The notes under the pieces were generated by a model. That model did no database searches. It saw only the letters and a list, made by a program, of their open reading frames with translations, and was not told the origin of the DNA. A stretch of DNA of 36,720 nucleotides, taken from the IMG/VR virus record IMGVR_UViG_3300027797_000064, positions 1 through 36,720 of that record. One strand, 5' to 3'. Numbering within the stretch: the stretch's first letter is position 1; each line of letters starts with the position of its first letter. The position numbers and the translations under genes are program-made. The stretch comes from a virus. Lineage: Duplodnaviria; Caudoviricetes. Below are positions 8,225 to 16,188 of the stretch, one piece after another.

Positions 8225-8840
8225 CCTGTCTGATTACATAGATGTAGCGGCGCGTATCACCGCGTTTAAGGAGCAGTTCCCAGAAGGGTCATTGCAGTCA
8301 GAGATGTTGCATCTCAGCGACAAGGCAGTGGTCTTTAAGGCGTATGCGTATCGGGATCGCGAAGACACCCGACCGGGAGTTGGTCATGCATCGGAAATCA
8401 TTCCGGGCGCAACGCCGTACACGCGCGGTTCGGAAGTCATGGTGTGTGAGACCTCAGCGTGGGGGCGAGCAATTGCCGCGCTAGGGTTTGAAGTCAAGAA
8501 GGGCGTTGCCAGCCGAGAAGAAGTCTTCAACGCGCAGCAGCGCCAGATTGGCGACGACAGCCGAGTGCGAGAAGCCGCAACAAAGGTGTTTGATGAGCCA
8601 GTTCGTACTGCGCCAGAGGGGCAAGAAGAGGTGTACGACGCGGCGCTCAAGGCGATTCGGTTCATTACGCCAGACGAGGACGCGGCATGCCCGCGCCATA
8701 AGTTGGCATGGGTGCATCGGAACGGCACAACCGCCGACGGGCGGGAGTACGACTTCTGGGCTTGCCCAGCGCCAAAGAGTTCGGAGGGGTATTGCAAGCA
8801 GCGCCCCTCAATCGCGTGGATAAACGCCAAGAAGGGGTGA
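8211..8840 (+). CDS. Putative ssDNA-annealing recombinase (Rad52/Sak-like) with C-terminal Zn-finger
   Basis: YIDVAARI..FKEQFPEG and CETSAWGRAIAALG; CPRH...FWACP...C; adjacent to the exonuclease. Confidence 0.7.
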   Translation: MGKPDLSDYIDVAARITAFKEQFPEGSLQSEMLHLSDKAVVFKAYAYRDREDTRPGVGHASEIIPGATPYTRGSEVMVCETSAWGRAIAALGFEVKKGVASREEVFNAQQRQIGDDSRVREAATKVFDEPVRTAPEGQEEVYDAALKAIRFITPDEDAACPRHKLAWVHRNGTTADGREYDFWACPAPKSSEGYCKQRPSIAWINAKKG

Positions 8841-8860
8841 ATTGAGCACGAAATAGGGTA

Positions 8861-8889
8861 TTGACTTACGGCTCAGGCGGGTAGACAAT
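8861..8889 (+). promoter_or_regulatory. Sigma70-type promoter TTGACT-N17-GACAAT embedded in a hairpin
   Basis: Intergenic; same layout as 5893-5922; followed by GGAAGGAAGGAG SD. Confidence 0.6.
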
Positions 8890-8931
8890 TGGCGTAGCCC
8901 GCTTGGGCTGTAGGAAGGAAGGAGCCTAGAG

Positions 8932-9300
8932 ATGAACAAGCGTTACAACTTCAAGACCCAGAAGGGAATTCTTGAGCATTGCGCCGATCTTGGTCACACG
9001 GTTGCGCCATGTGTAGAGGCTGAGACCGCGTTTGTCGGTCAGCCAGCCACCTATCACATTGGCGGCGATTGCTACGCCGATGAGGTTGTAGATGTCGTGC
9101 GGTCCAAGAAGACAGGCAAGGTAACTAAGGTTGTGATCAAGCGCGGCGAGTTCGTGCCAAAGGTCAGCGCAAATTGCACCAGCAAGGGGAGCGCGCTTTA
9201 CCTCAACCAGTGGGAGCACTACACCTACCTTGATTCGCTGAAGGGCAGCGGCTGGGTTGAGTTGGGTGTTGCAACGACTCACCTAGACCCAAGTTTCTAA
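8932..9300 (+). CDS. Hypothetical protein
   Basis: Strong SD; 122-aa ORF ending in HLDPSF. Confidence 0.75.
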   Translation: MNKRYNFKTQKGILEHCADLGHTVAPCVEAETAFVGQPATYHIGGDCYADEVVDVVRSKKTGKVTKVVIKRGEFVPKVSANCTSKGSALYLNQWEHYTYLDSLKGSGWVELGVATTHLDPSF

Positions 9301-9360
9301 TCGGAGGTTTGCGAGTACGGGCTGCCAATGCGGCAGCCCGTACAGCAATTGGAGGAAGGC

Positions 9361-10287
9361 ATGATTCATTACACCGACGATTCGCTCACCATCAGAGTTG
9401 GCGATTGCCGTGCCGAGATGCAGCAGATGGATGCGGAAAGCGTTCAGACCTGCGTTACCTCGCCGCCCTATTGGGGCTTGCGAGATTATGGCGACGACAA
9501 CCAGTTGGGCTTAGAGAAGACCCCAGAAGCGTATGTCGCAAACATGGTTGATGTGTTCCGAGAGGTAAAGCGGGTGCTAAAGCCCGACGGCACGCTCTGG
9601 ATCAACCTAGGAGATTCTTATTCAGGGAGCGGCAAAGGACCTGCTGGAAATCTGGGTAAGACGCACAACGAGCGCCACATGGAAGGCAAGCACTCCGCGA
9701 TTGTTCCCGATGGACTAAAGCCTAAAGACCTTGTTGGGATTCCGTGGCGAGTAGCCTTTGCCTTGCAAGCGGACGGATGGTATTTGCGTTCCGACATCAT
9801 TTGGCACAAGCCAAATCCAATGCCCGAAAGCGTTACCGACCGCCCGACGAAAGCGCATGAGTACATGTTTCTGTTGACAAAGAGCAAAAGTTATTACTAC
9901 GACGCGGAATCTATAAAGGAACGAGCGATAACGGCAGGGTCAATTGACCGGCGCGCGCAAGCAGACCCAAGCAGGGTTCTGGGATACAGCGGAAAACGGA
10001 CTGGAGTCACAATTACCGACGATCTGCGAAATAAACGCTCCGTGTGGACAGTGCCAACAAAGCCGTATGCAGGTGCTCACTTTGCCGTATTTCCGCCTGA
10101 ACTCATTGAGCCGTGCATCCTTGCGGGCGCTCCACAGGGAGGCGTAGTGCTTGATCCGTTTGGCGGGAGCGGCACGACAGGCATGGTGGCAAACAAGTTG
10201 GGGCGAAAGGCGGTGCTCATTGAGTTAAACCCCGATTATGTGGAGCAGATCAAGGCACGAACTTCCCAAGCGGCTCTTGGGCTATAG
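9361..10287 (+). CDS. DNA amino-methyltransferase (N4-C/N6-A), beta-class motif order
   Basis: Catalytic TSPPY precedes SAM-binding DPFGGSGTT; IIWHKPNPMPES and HFAVFP. GGAGGAAGG before ATG 9361. Confidence 0.92.
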   Translation: MIHYTDDSLTIRVGDCRAEMQQMDAESVQTCVTSPPYWGLRDYGDDNQLGLEKTPEAYVANMVDVFREVKRVLKPDGTLWINLGDSYSGSGKGPAGNLGKTHNERHMEGKHSAIVPDGLKPKDLVGIPWRVAFALQADGWYLRSDIIWHKPNPMPESVTDRPTKAHEYMFLLTKSKSYYYDAESIKERAITAGSIDRRAQADPSRVLGYSGKRTGVTITDDLRNKRSVWTVPTKPYAGAHFAVFPPELIEPCILAGAPQGGVVLDPFGGSGTTGMVANKLGRKAVLIELNPDYVEQIKARTSQAALGL

Positions 10288-10301
10288 GAAGGAGGGCGAT
10301 C

Positions 10302-10652
10302 ATGGCGTTTAAGGAGAATGCAAAGAGTCAGGCTCAGATGCTCTTGACAGCCTTTCAGGCTGGGAGGAGAATCACATCGTTGGAGGCGCTCCGAGACTTC
10401 GGCATCGGGAGGCTTGCCTCTCGCGTGTACGAACTGAGACAGCGGGGCTACGACATCAAGGACGACACCATCGCCGTCGGTGACGGTAAGCATGTGTCGC
10501 AGTACTACATCAAGGGGGCGGATCGGGAGAAGGCATGGTTCTGCGCGACTTGCAGCGAGGCGGTAGTTCCGTCGCAAAGCAGCGTGTCAGACCGCTACGC
10601 AATAGCAGCATGCTTGACATGCAGGAAGAAGGGAGTAGCCGTATGGCGCTAA
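10302..10652 (+). CDS. Winged HTH DNA-binding protein with C-terminal Zn-ribbon
   Basis: ITSLEALRDFGIGRLASRVYELRQRGYDI; CATC...CLTC. Confidence 0.75.
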   Translation: MAFKENAKSQAQMLLTAFQAGRRITSLEALRDFGIGRLASRVYELRQRGYDIKDDTIAVGDGKHVSQYYIKGADREKAWFCATCSEAVVPSQSSVSDRYAIAACLTCRKKGVAVWR

Positions 10653-10939
10653 CCGAAGAGCAGCAGGTGGCTAAGGATGTCAAGGAGCACGCCAAGAATG
10701 GCGCGGCTGGGGCTATCGCGATCTTCTGCGCGTGGTGCGTGGGAGAGAAGCCGAGTGAGGGCTTCTGCATGGTGATGGATTGCCCGTTGAGGGAGTTCAG
10801 CCCATACCTCGTCGGCAAGGGTGCAGAGCGGATCGGCGGGTGGAAGAATCCCCATCTCCAGTACCAGATCACACCCCTAGAGGTGGTGGGTGCGGAGCAG
10901 GTTCCGATGTTTGAGCGAGAGAATGAGGTGGCAAAGTGA
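10643..10939 (+). CDS. Small Cys-rich protein
   Basis: GGGAG SD; AIAIFCAWC...C...CPL. Confidence 0.65.
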   Translation: MALTEEQQVAKDVKEHAKNGAAGAIAIFCAWCVGEKPSEGFCMVMDCPLREFSPYLVGKGAERIGGWKNPHLQYQITPLEVVGAEQVPMFERENEVAK

Positions 10940-11493
10940 GCGGCGGGGCTTGGCTACGACTAGACGCTCTGGCATGGCGCTCGCCCAAGGTGGCAGGGCT
11001 ACCGAGTGCGGCGCTCCGCTGGTTGTGGATCGTGACGCTCTCCGAGGCGAAACTCCAGAAGCCGGGGGGCGGCTTCGGCTCCGAGGACCATTGGCTCCAG
11101 TTGACCAAGGGCGCTGGGGGCGACCGCAAGGGCTTCAGGGCGCTGGTAGGCGTTGGACTGCTAGAAGTGGCTCCAGCGTTGTGCATCCGTTGCCTAGAGG
11201 GCTTCCATGACGCTCCAGCGGGTACGGTGGTGGTGCATGACTGGGCGGACTTCCAGATCAACACGAATGCCGAGCGTACCCGACGCTGGCGAGATAAGGC
11301 GAAGGCTGGTGACGCTCTTGTGACGCACAGTGCCGTCACACCGAACGCTCATGTGACGGTGGACAGTGACAGTGACAAGGACAATGACAAAAGAGTTATT
11401 ACTAACTTAAGGAGTAGGATGAACGGAGTGCAACCAATCAGCGTGGGCGGGATTGTCCGCGACCTAGCGCGAAAGGGGAGCAACCGTGGTTGA
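10936..11493 (+). CDS. Putative replication initiator / replisome organiser
   Basis: N-terminal WLRLD, then HDWADFQ...AERTRRWRDK, then a low-complexity region encoded by DNA repeats, as in lambda O-like initiators. Confidence 0.65.
   Translation: MSGGAWLRLDALAWRSPKVAGLPSAALRWLWIVTLSEAKLQKPGGGFGSEDHWLQLTKGAGGDRKGFRALVGVGLLEVAPALCIRCLEGFHDAPAGTVVVHDWADFQINTNAERTRRWRDKAKAGDALVTHSAVTPNAHVTVDSDSDKDNDKRVITNLRSRMNGVQPISVGGIVRDLARKGSNRG
11309..11411. repeat. Iteron-like repeats, candidate replication origin
   Basis: GTGACG at 11309, 11320, 11353; inverted CGTCAC at 11334; five GACARN hexamers at 11362-11391; then AT-rich GAGTTATTACTAACTTAAG. Confidence 0.55.
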
Positions 11494-11818
11494 TGAAGAG
11501 CGTAAGCATCGGGGGCGAAAGGCGAACAATGCAGGGAAGCAGTACGAACGGGATGTCGCCTCCCTTCTGCCTAATGGGAAGCGAGTGGGCATGTACGGCG
11601 GTCCAATAGATGTGACTGCCGACCATGGCATCGTGGCTCAGGTCAAGGTGGGGGCATCGTTTCCAGAGGTGCTCAACCGCTACCTAGACAAGACGATGGC
11701 GGCATCCAAGGCGGATGAGACTCCAATCGTCGTAGTGGGCAACCGACCCGGGGTAGGCGTAAAGCGGACTCATCTGGTGATCCTTACCCTTGAGGACTTC
11801 GTGAGGCTGCTGAAGTGA
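11486..11818 (+). CDS. Holliday-junction resolvase-like PD-(D/E)XK nuclease
   Basis: GKQYERDVA...IDV...QVK...LTLEDF pattern. Confidence 0.65.
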   Translation: MVDEERKHRGRKANNAGKQYERDVASLLPNGKRVGMYGGPIDVTADHGIVAQVKVGASFPEVLNRYLDKTMAASKADETPIVVVGNRPGVGVKRTHLVILTLEDFVRLLK

Positions 11819-12231
11819 TCGCGCTGCTGCTCTCGTTGAGCATGGCGCTTAACGCAACACTGCTGCCAGAGCCAGCAGTGGGGAAGGCGACTTGGTACGG
11901 CTATACGGGGTTGCAAGCGTGCTACGACGGGGTTCCAAGGACCTGCACGCCGTACCGAACAAAGGCACAGGGAGGATGGCATGATGAGGTAGTCAACTAT
12001 TGCGCGCTGCCGGGGTATCGGTGGCACAGTGCGCCATTCTGGGTCAAGGTCACCAATGTGAAGACTGGCGTATCGGCTCTATGTCTCGTCAGAGACAGTT
12101 GTGGGTGTGTCGGTGGGGGGATCATTGACCTAAGCCCAGCGGTGTTCCGCAAGTTGCGGGGCTTGAAGGCTGGGATTGTGACCGTTCGGATTGAACGGTA
12201 TGTAACGCAGGTAGGAGGAAGAGGAAGATGA
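11815..12231 (+). CDS. Exported RlpA/expansin-like double-psi beta-barrel protein (possible lytic transglycosylase)
   Basis: Hydrophobic N-terminus; GKATWYG, VKVTN, VRDSC, IIDLSPAVFRKL. Confidence 0.8.
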   Translation: MIALLLSLSMALNATLLPEPAVGKATWYGYTGLQACYDGVPRTCTPYRTKAQGGWHDEVVNYCALPGYRWHSAPFWVKVTNVKTGVSALCLVRDSCGCVGGGIIDLSPAVFRKLRGLKAGIVTVRIERYVTQVGGRGR

Positions 12232-12662
12232 GTCAGGTAACCGAGGTAAATAACCTAGACGAGATTCTGGACACAGGTCTTGGCGAGATTCTAGACACGA
12301 GGCTAAAGCCAGCCCCAGAGGAGACGACCGCCGAGCATCCGTTAATGCTGGTTGGCGGAGATGAAGCCGTGCTTGGCACATCGGAAATCTTTGTGCAGTG
12401 CAAGGACGGTAGCGGCTATCAGCAAACCGTTGTGGTCTACGACCTGCACAATCTGGTTGAGGTCATGCACAAGCAAGCGCATGCCGACTTCGGCAGCGCG
12501 TGCCATGACGACTGCCGAGGCTATGACGAGGCGCTGGAGTTCTACCGATACAACTACATGCGCTATCCGTCAGCCAAGAATGCTCCAATCTTCGTAGAGC
12601 GACGCACGGCGGCGGAGATTACCGAGGCATACGGGCTAGAGGCTGACCCATGGCAGGGGTAA
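12228..12662 (+). CDS. Hypothetical acidic protein
   Basis: Purine-rich SD; ATGA overlap. Confidence 0.7.
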   Translation: MSQVTEVNNLDEILDTGLGEILDTRLKPAPEETTAEHPLMLVGGDEAVLGTSEIFVQCKDGSGYQQTVVVYDLHNLVEVMHKQAHADFGSACHDDCRGYDEALEFYRYNYMRYPSAKNAPIFVERRTAAEITEAYGLEADPWQG

Positions 12663-12850
12663 AGGCAAAGCGCGAGGGGGCGGTGAAGCCGCCCGTGTGG
12701 ACGGTGACGGACTGCTCCTCATGCAGCAAGGTCATTGACTACACCGACCCTAAGCGTGCGGTATTCCCTGCGGTACGGGTACTCAGCATCGTGTTCAACG
12801 AGGCAAAGGGCAACCGACGCTGGTCATGGCGACACAAGGCATGCGCGTGA
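12650..12850 (+). CDS. Small Cys/His protein
   Basis: CSSC...HKAC; fills the gap in the + strand gene run. Confidence 0.6.
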   Translation: MAGVKAKREGAVKPPVWTVTDCSSCSKVIDYTDPKRAVFPAVRVLSIVFNEAKGNRRWSWRHKACA

Positions 12851-13197
12851 TCCGACGCGACCTTAGCCAGTTCGGGGAAGGGGTCAAGGCAAGCGAGTTA
12901 GCCAAGGGAGACTTGGTGCTGGAAGACCAGATAGATTGCCACTTCGTGTGGCATCACTATCCACCCGTGCCAGAGGAAATGATTCCCGTAGCGGTAGACG
13001 CGATTCGGCGCATGAACATGGGTGAACTGGATGACATAGCGCCGCTTCCCGGAGGATTCGTGGTCAGCATTGACCCTAGGATTACGCCGCTGGTGAAAGA
13101 CATCATCAACGGGTTGGCGCTATACGCATGGCAGTGCGATTGCGACCCGTGCAAGAAAGGAAACCCACACTGGGGCAGCAGAGGTGAGTCCGCCTAA
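12847..13197 (+). CDS. Hypothetical protein (start uncertain: 12826, 12841 or 12847)
   Basis: GTGA overlap; open frame to 13197. Confidence 0.6.
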   Translation: MIRRDLSQFGEGVKASELAKGDLVLEDQIDCHFVWHHYPPVPEEMIPVAVDAIRRMNMGELDDIAPLPGGFVVSIDPRITPLVKDIINGLALYAWQCDCDPCKKGNPHWGSRGESA

Positions 13198-13212
13198 TCT
13201 GCTAATGTCAGC

Positions 13213-13261
13213 GCGCACGGAGGGAGTGCGACGGAGCCTTCCCCGTTCCCCCTCCGTGCGC
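13213..13261 (+). promoter_or_regulatory. Intergenic RNA hairpin with a 12-bp perfect outer stem
   Basis: GCGCACGGAGGG (13213-13224) pairs with CCCTCCGTGCGC (13250-13261). Confidence 0.55.
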
Positions 13262-13282
13262 TACTACGGGAAGGACGAGCAG

Positions 13283-13531
13283 ATGGCAGTGCATGCACAC
13301 CGATGCAAGAACGCAAGACCACCATACGCTCATGACTTCATGCTGTATGACACTGGAGACGGGGAGCATTCCCCATTCACGGCAATGATGGCGTGCAGGA
13401 AGTGTGGAGAGGTGCGTACCGCTCAGGAAGAGGCGTTACCACCCGTAGCCCTAGACGATGTGCTGGCATCCGTCATCCGTACACCCCCTACCCCTAGGGC
13501 AAGGGCTAAACCCGTAAGGCGTAAGCGGTGA
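13283..13531 (+). CDS. Small Zn-binding protein
   Basis: GGAAGGA SD before ATG 13283; HRC...H...CRKC. Confidence 0.6.
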   Translation: MAVHAHRCKNARPPYAHDFMLYDTGDGEHSPFTAMMACRKCGEVRTAQEEALPPVALDDVLASVIRTPPTPRARAKPVRRKR

Positions 13532-13884
13532 GCAATCGGGCATGTCTCTCATGCGGCATGATCCTATCTAGCCTGAAGAAGGGTAGGTGTGTGGAATGCG
13601 CTAAGGAGAAACAGGCAGAGAAGCCTAACCCTTACCGTCAGAGCAAGGGGGCTAGGGAATGGCGCAACCTATCAGCGCGTAAGCGTAAGGACCAGCCATG
13701 GTGCAGCAGGTGTGCCACACAGGGTGATGCTAGTAACCCCCTTACCCTTGACCACATCGTGCCATTGAGCAAGGGGGGTGCGCTCATACCTGAAGACATA
13801 GACGAAGGGGTGCAGGTGCTATGCAAGCGATGCCAAGGGATCGTAGGCTCACGCATGCACAAGGCTGGGCAATGGCGCGCGTAA
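13528..13884 (+). CDS. HNH endonuclease (terminase-associated, HK97 gp74-like position)
   Basis: WCSRC...LTLDHIVPLSKGG...VQVLCKRC; directly upstream of the terminase genes. Confidence 0.88.
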   Translation: MSNRACLSCGMILSSLKKGRCVECAKEKQAEKPNPYRQSKGAREWRNLSARKRKDQPWCSRCATQGDASNPLTLDHIVPLSKGGALIPEDIDEGVQVLCKRCQGIVGSRMHKAGQWRA

Positions 13885-13994
13885 TCCCTGAGACCATGCC
13901 ACCATACGATGAGGTCGCGCCCGATGCCGTGCCTGACGATGGATGGGATGATGACCCTGACAATGAAGAAGAGGAAACGCCTGATGAATTCTGA
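13872..13994 (+). CDS. 40-aa very acidic peptide (not in ORF track)
   Basis: My translation: MARVIPETMPPYDEVAPDAVPDDGWDDDPDNEEEETPDEF. Overlaps the HNH stop and the TerS start. Confidence 0.5.
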   Translation: MARVIPETMPPYDEVAPDAVPDDGWDDDPDNEEEETPDEF

Positions 13995-14565
13995 GCACGA
14001 TACGAATGATGATGCAGCGCCTAGCACGCACGAAACACCCCCCCATTTTATAGGGAGCGAAATGCCTGACCATCCCACTGCAGGTAACTACACAGGTTGT
14101 GTACCTGAGAACCCCCCCTATACCAGTTCTGGTATAGGTGATGCCGAGGAAGACACTACGGCTGGCACAACCGATGCCGTAACAAACCCAGAGAAGCCGC
14201 TCACCGAGGCGGAACGCCATCTATCCGTGCTGGAAGAGCAGGTGCGAATGGCTGGACGCGACGGAGACATCCCGCCGCAATTGCTGCACATGGCGGCGGT
14301 CGCATGGGAGCGGTGGCATCAGGCTTCCGAGATGCTCGCACGGGAAGGGATCACAGTCCAAACCTCGCAGGGGGTGGGAGCGCATCCTGCGGCTATGATT
14401 GAGAGGCAAGCATGTCAGACCTACCAGAACCTAATCAGCAAAATGGGCTTAACAGCCACGCCGTCACAGGCGAGGTACAAAGCCAACAAGACCCCGCGCC
14501 TGAAGAAGGCGTTGACGATCAGCGACCTGATGAGCAGACAGGCGGAGGAAATCCCAGCCTCCTAA
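13984..14565 (+). CDS. terS: Terminase small subunit (P27-family-like; start uncertain)
   Basis: EGITVQ...AHPAA...MGLT pattern; lies between HNH and TerL. Confidence 0.75.
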   Translation: MNSEHDTNDDAAPSTHETPPHFIGSEMPDHPTAGNYTGCVPENPPYTSSGIGDAEEDTTAGTTDAVTNPEKPLTEAERHLSVLEEQVRMAGRDGDIPPQLLHMAAVAWERWHQASEMLAREGITVQTSQGVGAHPAAMIERQACQTYQNLISKMGLTATPSQARYKANKTPRLKKALTISDLMSRQAEEIPAS

Positions 14566-16085
14566 CCGACGGTCCGATCTTTGAGGAGTTCTGCCGCGTA
14601 TTCATCAAGCAGAGCATTGGGCAGTTCTCAGGTCAGCCCTTGAGGCTAGAGGGCTTTCAACGGGATTTCATGAACGATGTCCTAAGCCGCGATCCCATCA
14701 CGGGCAAGCGCCGCTATTCCGAAGCCATGCTCCTGCTCCCTAGAAAGTCTGGCAAATCTACGCTGGCTGCTGCGCTGGCAATCTTTCAGACCCTGCGAGA
14801 CGCTGGCAAAGAGCCGCAGACGATTGTGGCTGCTGCCTCCAAGGATCAGGCGGCGGTCATCTTTCGCCAGATTCGGGCGTTCATTGCTAACAACCCAGAG
14901 TTAGGCGGGCTGCTCATTCCCAAGCAGTACCACATAGATGTGCAGGGGGGCGGCTTCATCAAGGTGGTGGCATCCGACGGTCGGCTTCAGCACGGCTCTA
15001 ACCCCTCCTGCGTAATCGTGGACGAGTTGTGGGCGCATCAAGACGGCGAGTTGTACACGGCGCTCACCTCTGGCTCAGGCGCGCGAGACGAGCCGCTCAC
15101 CATTGCCATTAGCACCCCGGGCTACGACCCTGACCAAATCCTTGGTCAAATCTACAATCGCGTCATTGAGACGGCTCCCGACCAGCAGTTCCAGAGCGCG
15201 CCCTATTACCGCCGCATTGCCCGCGATGCCGAGAACGGCTTCCTCCTGTATCACTACGGAGCGCCAGAGGATGCGGATGCCGATAGCCCAGAGGTGTGGC
15301 GTAAAAGCAACCCAGCCCCATGGATTACCGACCAGTACCTCAAGCAGCAGCGGTTTAAGCCGACGACCCGCCTATCCGAATTCCGACGGCTACACCTAGG
15401 GCAATGGGTGCATGCGGGCGAAGAATCGTGGCTACCAATGGGCGCATGGAAGGCGTGTGAGGAGGAGGGGGTAGCCCTTGATCCCGCGCTTCCAGTTGCC
15501 GTGGGCATAGATGTGGGTATCACCCGTGACGCTTCCGCTGTTGTTATCGCGCAGAAGCAGGGCGACAACATCATTGTTGAATCTAAGGTGTGGGTTAATC
15601 CATACCCCAAGGACAGCGCCATGGGCATGGCTTGGCAGGTAGACATTGAAGAAATCCGCCGCTACCTAGTTACCTTAAAGGATCGGTTCCCCGCGCCAAT
15701 GGTCAAGATTGACGGGAGAACCCGCCCGGGACCTGCATTCTGCTACGACCCGTGGTCATTCCGAGAGTCCGCCCAGATGCTGGAAGGCGAGGGGCTTGCC
15801 ATGGTAGAGACAAACCAAACCGATAGCCGCATGGTTCCTATGACCGCAGACCTGTTCCAAGCCATTGTTACCCGCCGATTGCGCTACGATTCAAAGACGA
15901 ATGTGGCGCTTACGCGCCATGTAATGGCAGCAGTTGCTGTGCCTAGAGGAGATGCAGGTTGGCGTATCAGGAAGCCAAGGGGCAGCACAACAGCGAAGGT
16001 GGACGCGGCTATCGCGATGGTGATGGCGGTGAGCCAAGCAATGCAGCCGCCGCCAAGGCGCGCGTTCACAGGTATGATCGCGTAA
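14412..16085 (+). CDS. terL: Terminase large subunit
   Basis: Walker A PRKSGKST, Walker B VIVDELW, ISTPG, nuclease GIDVG...D and KVDAAIA. Confidence 0.96.
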   Translation: MSDLPEPNQQNGLNSHAVTGEVQSQQDPAPEEGVDDQRPDEQTGGGNPSLLTDGPIFEEFCRVFIKQSIGQFSGQPLRLEGFQRDFMNDVLSRDPITGKRRYSEAMLLLPRKSGKSTLAAALAIFQTLRDAGKEPQTIVAAASKDQAAVIFRQIRAFIANNPELGGLLIPKQYHIDVQGGGFIKVVASDGRLQHGSNPSCVIVDELWAHQDGELYTALTSGSGARDEPLTIAISTPGYDPDQILGQIYNRVIETAPDQQFQSAPYYRRIARDAENGFLLYHYGAPEDADADSPEVWRKSNPAPWITDQYLKQQRFKPTTRLSEFRRLHLGQWVHAGEESWLPMGAWKACEEEGVALDPALPVAVGIDVGITRDASAVVIAQKQGDNIIVESKVWVNPYPKDSAMGMAWQVDIEEIRRYLVTLKDRFPAPMVKIDGRTRPGPAFCYDPWSFRESAQMLEGEGLAMVETNQTDSRMVPMTADLFQAIVTRRLRYDSKTNVALTRHVMAAVAVPRGDAGWRIRKPRGSTTAKVDAAIAMVMAVSQAMQPPPRRAFTGMIA

Positions 16086-16188
16086 TCAAAGCAAGCCAAT
16101 GCCGTTGTGCAGTACCATTCATAAGCCCAGACGACGAAGATGAATGGTGCTGGAAGTGCGGGCTTCCGCTAGATAACGAGGAGACTTG

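Noticed and set aside
13184-13282. N-terminal extensions given in the ORF track (starts 13184, 5910, 7229, 9328, 13909, 21503)
   Set aside because: Downstream starts have better SD sequences or coupling, and several extensions run through hairpins or promoters.
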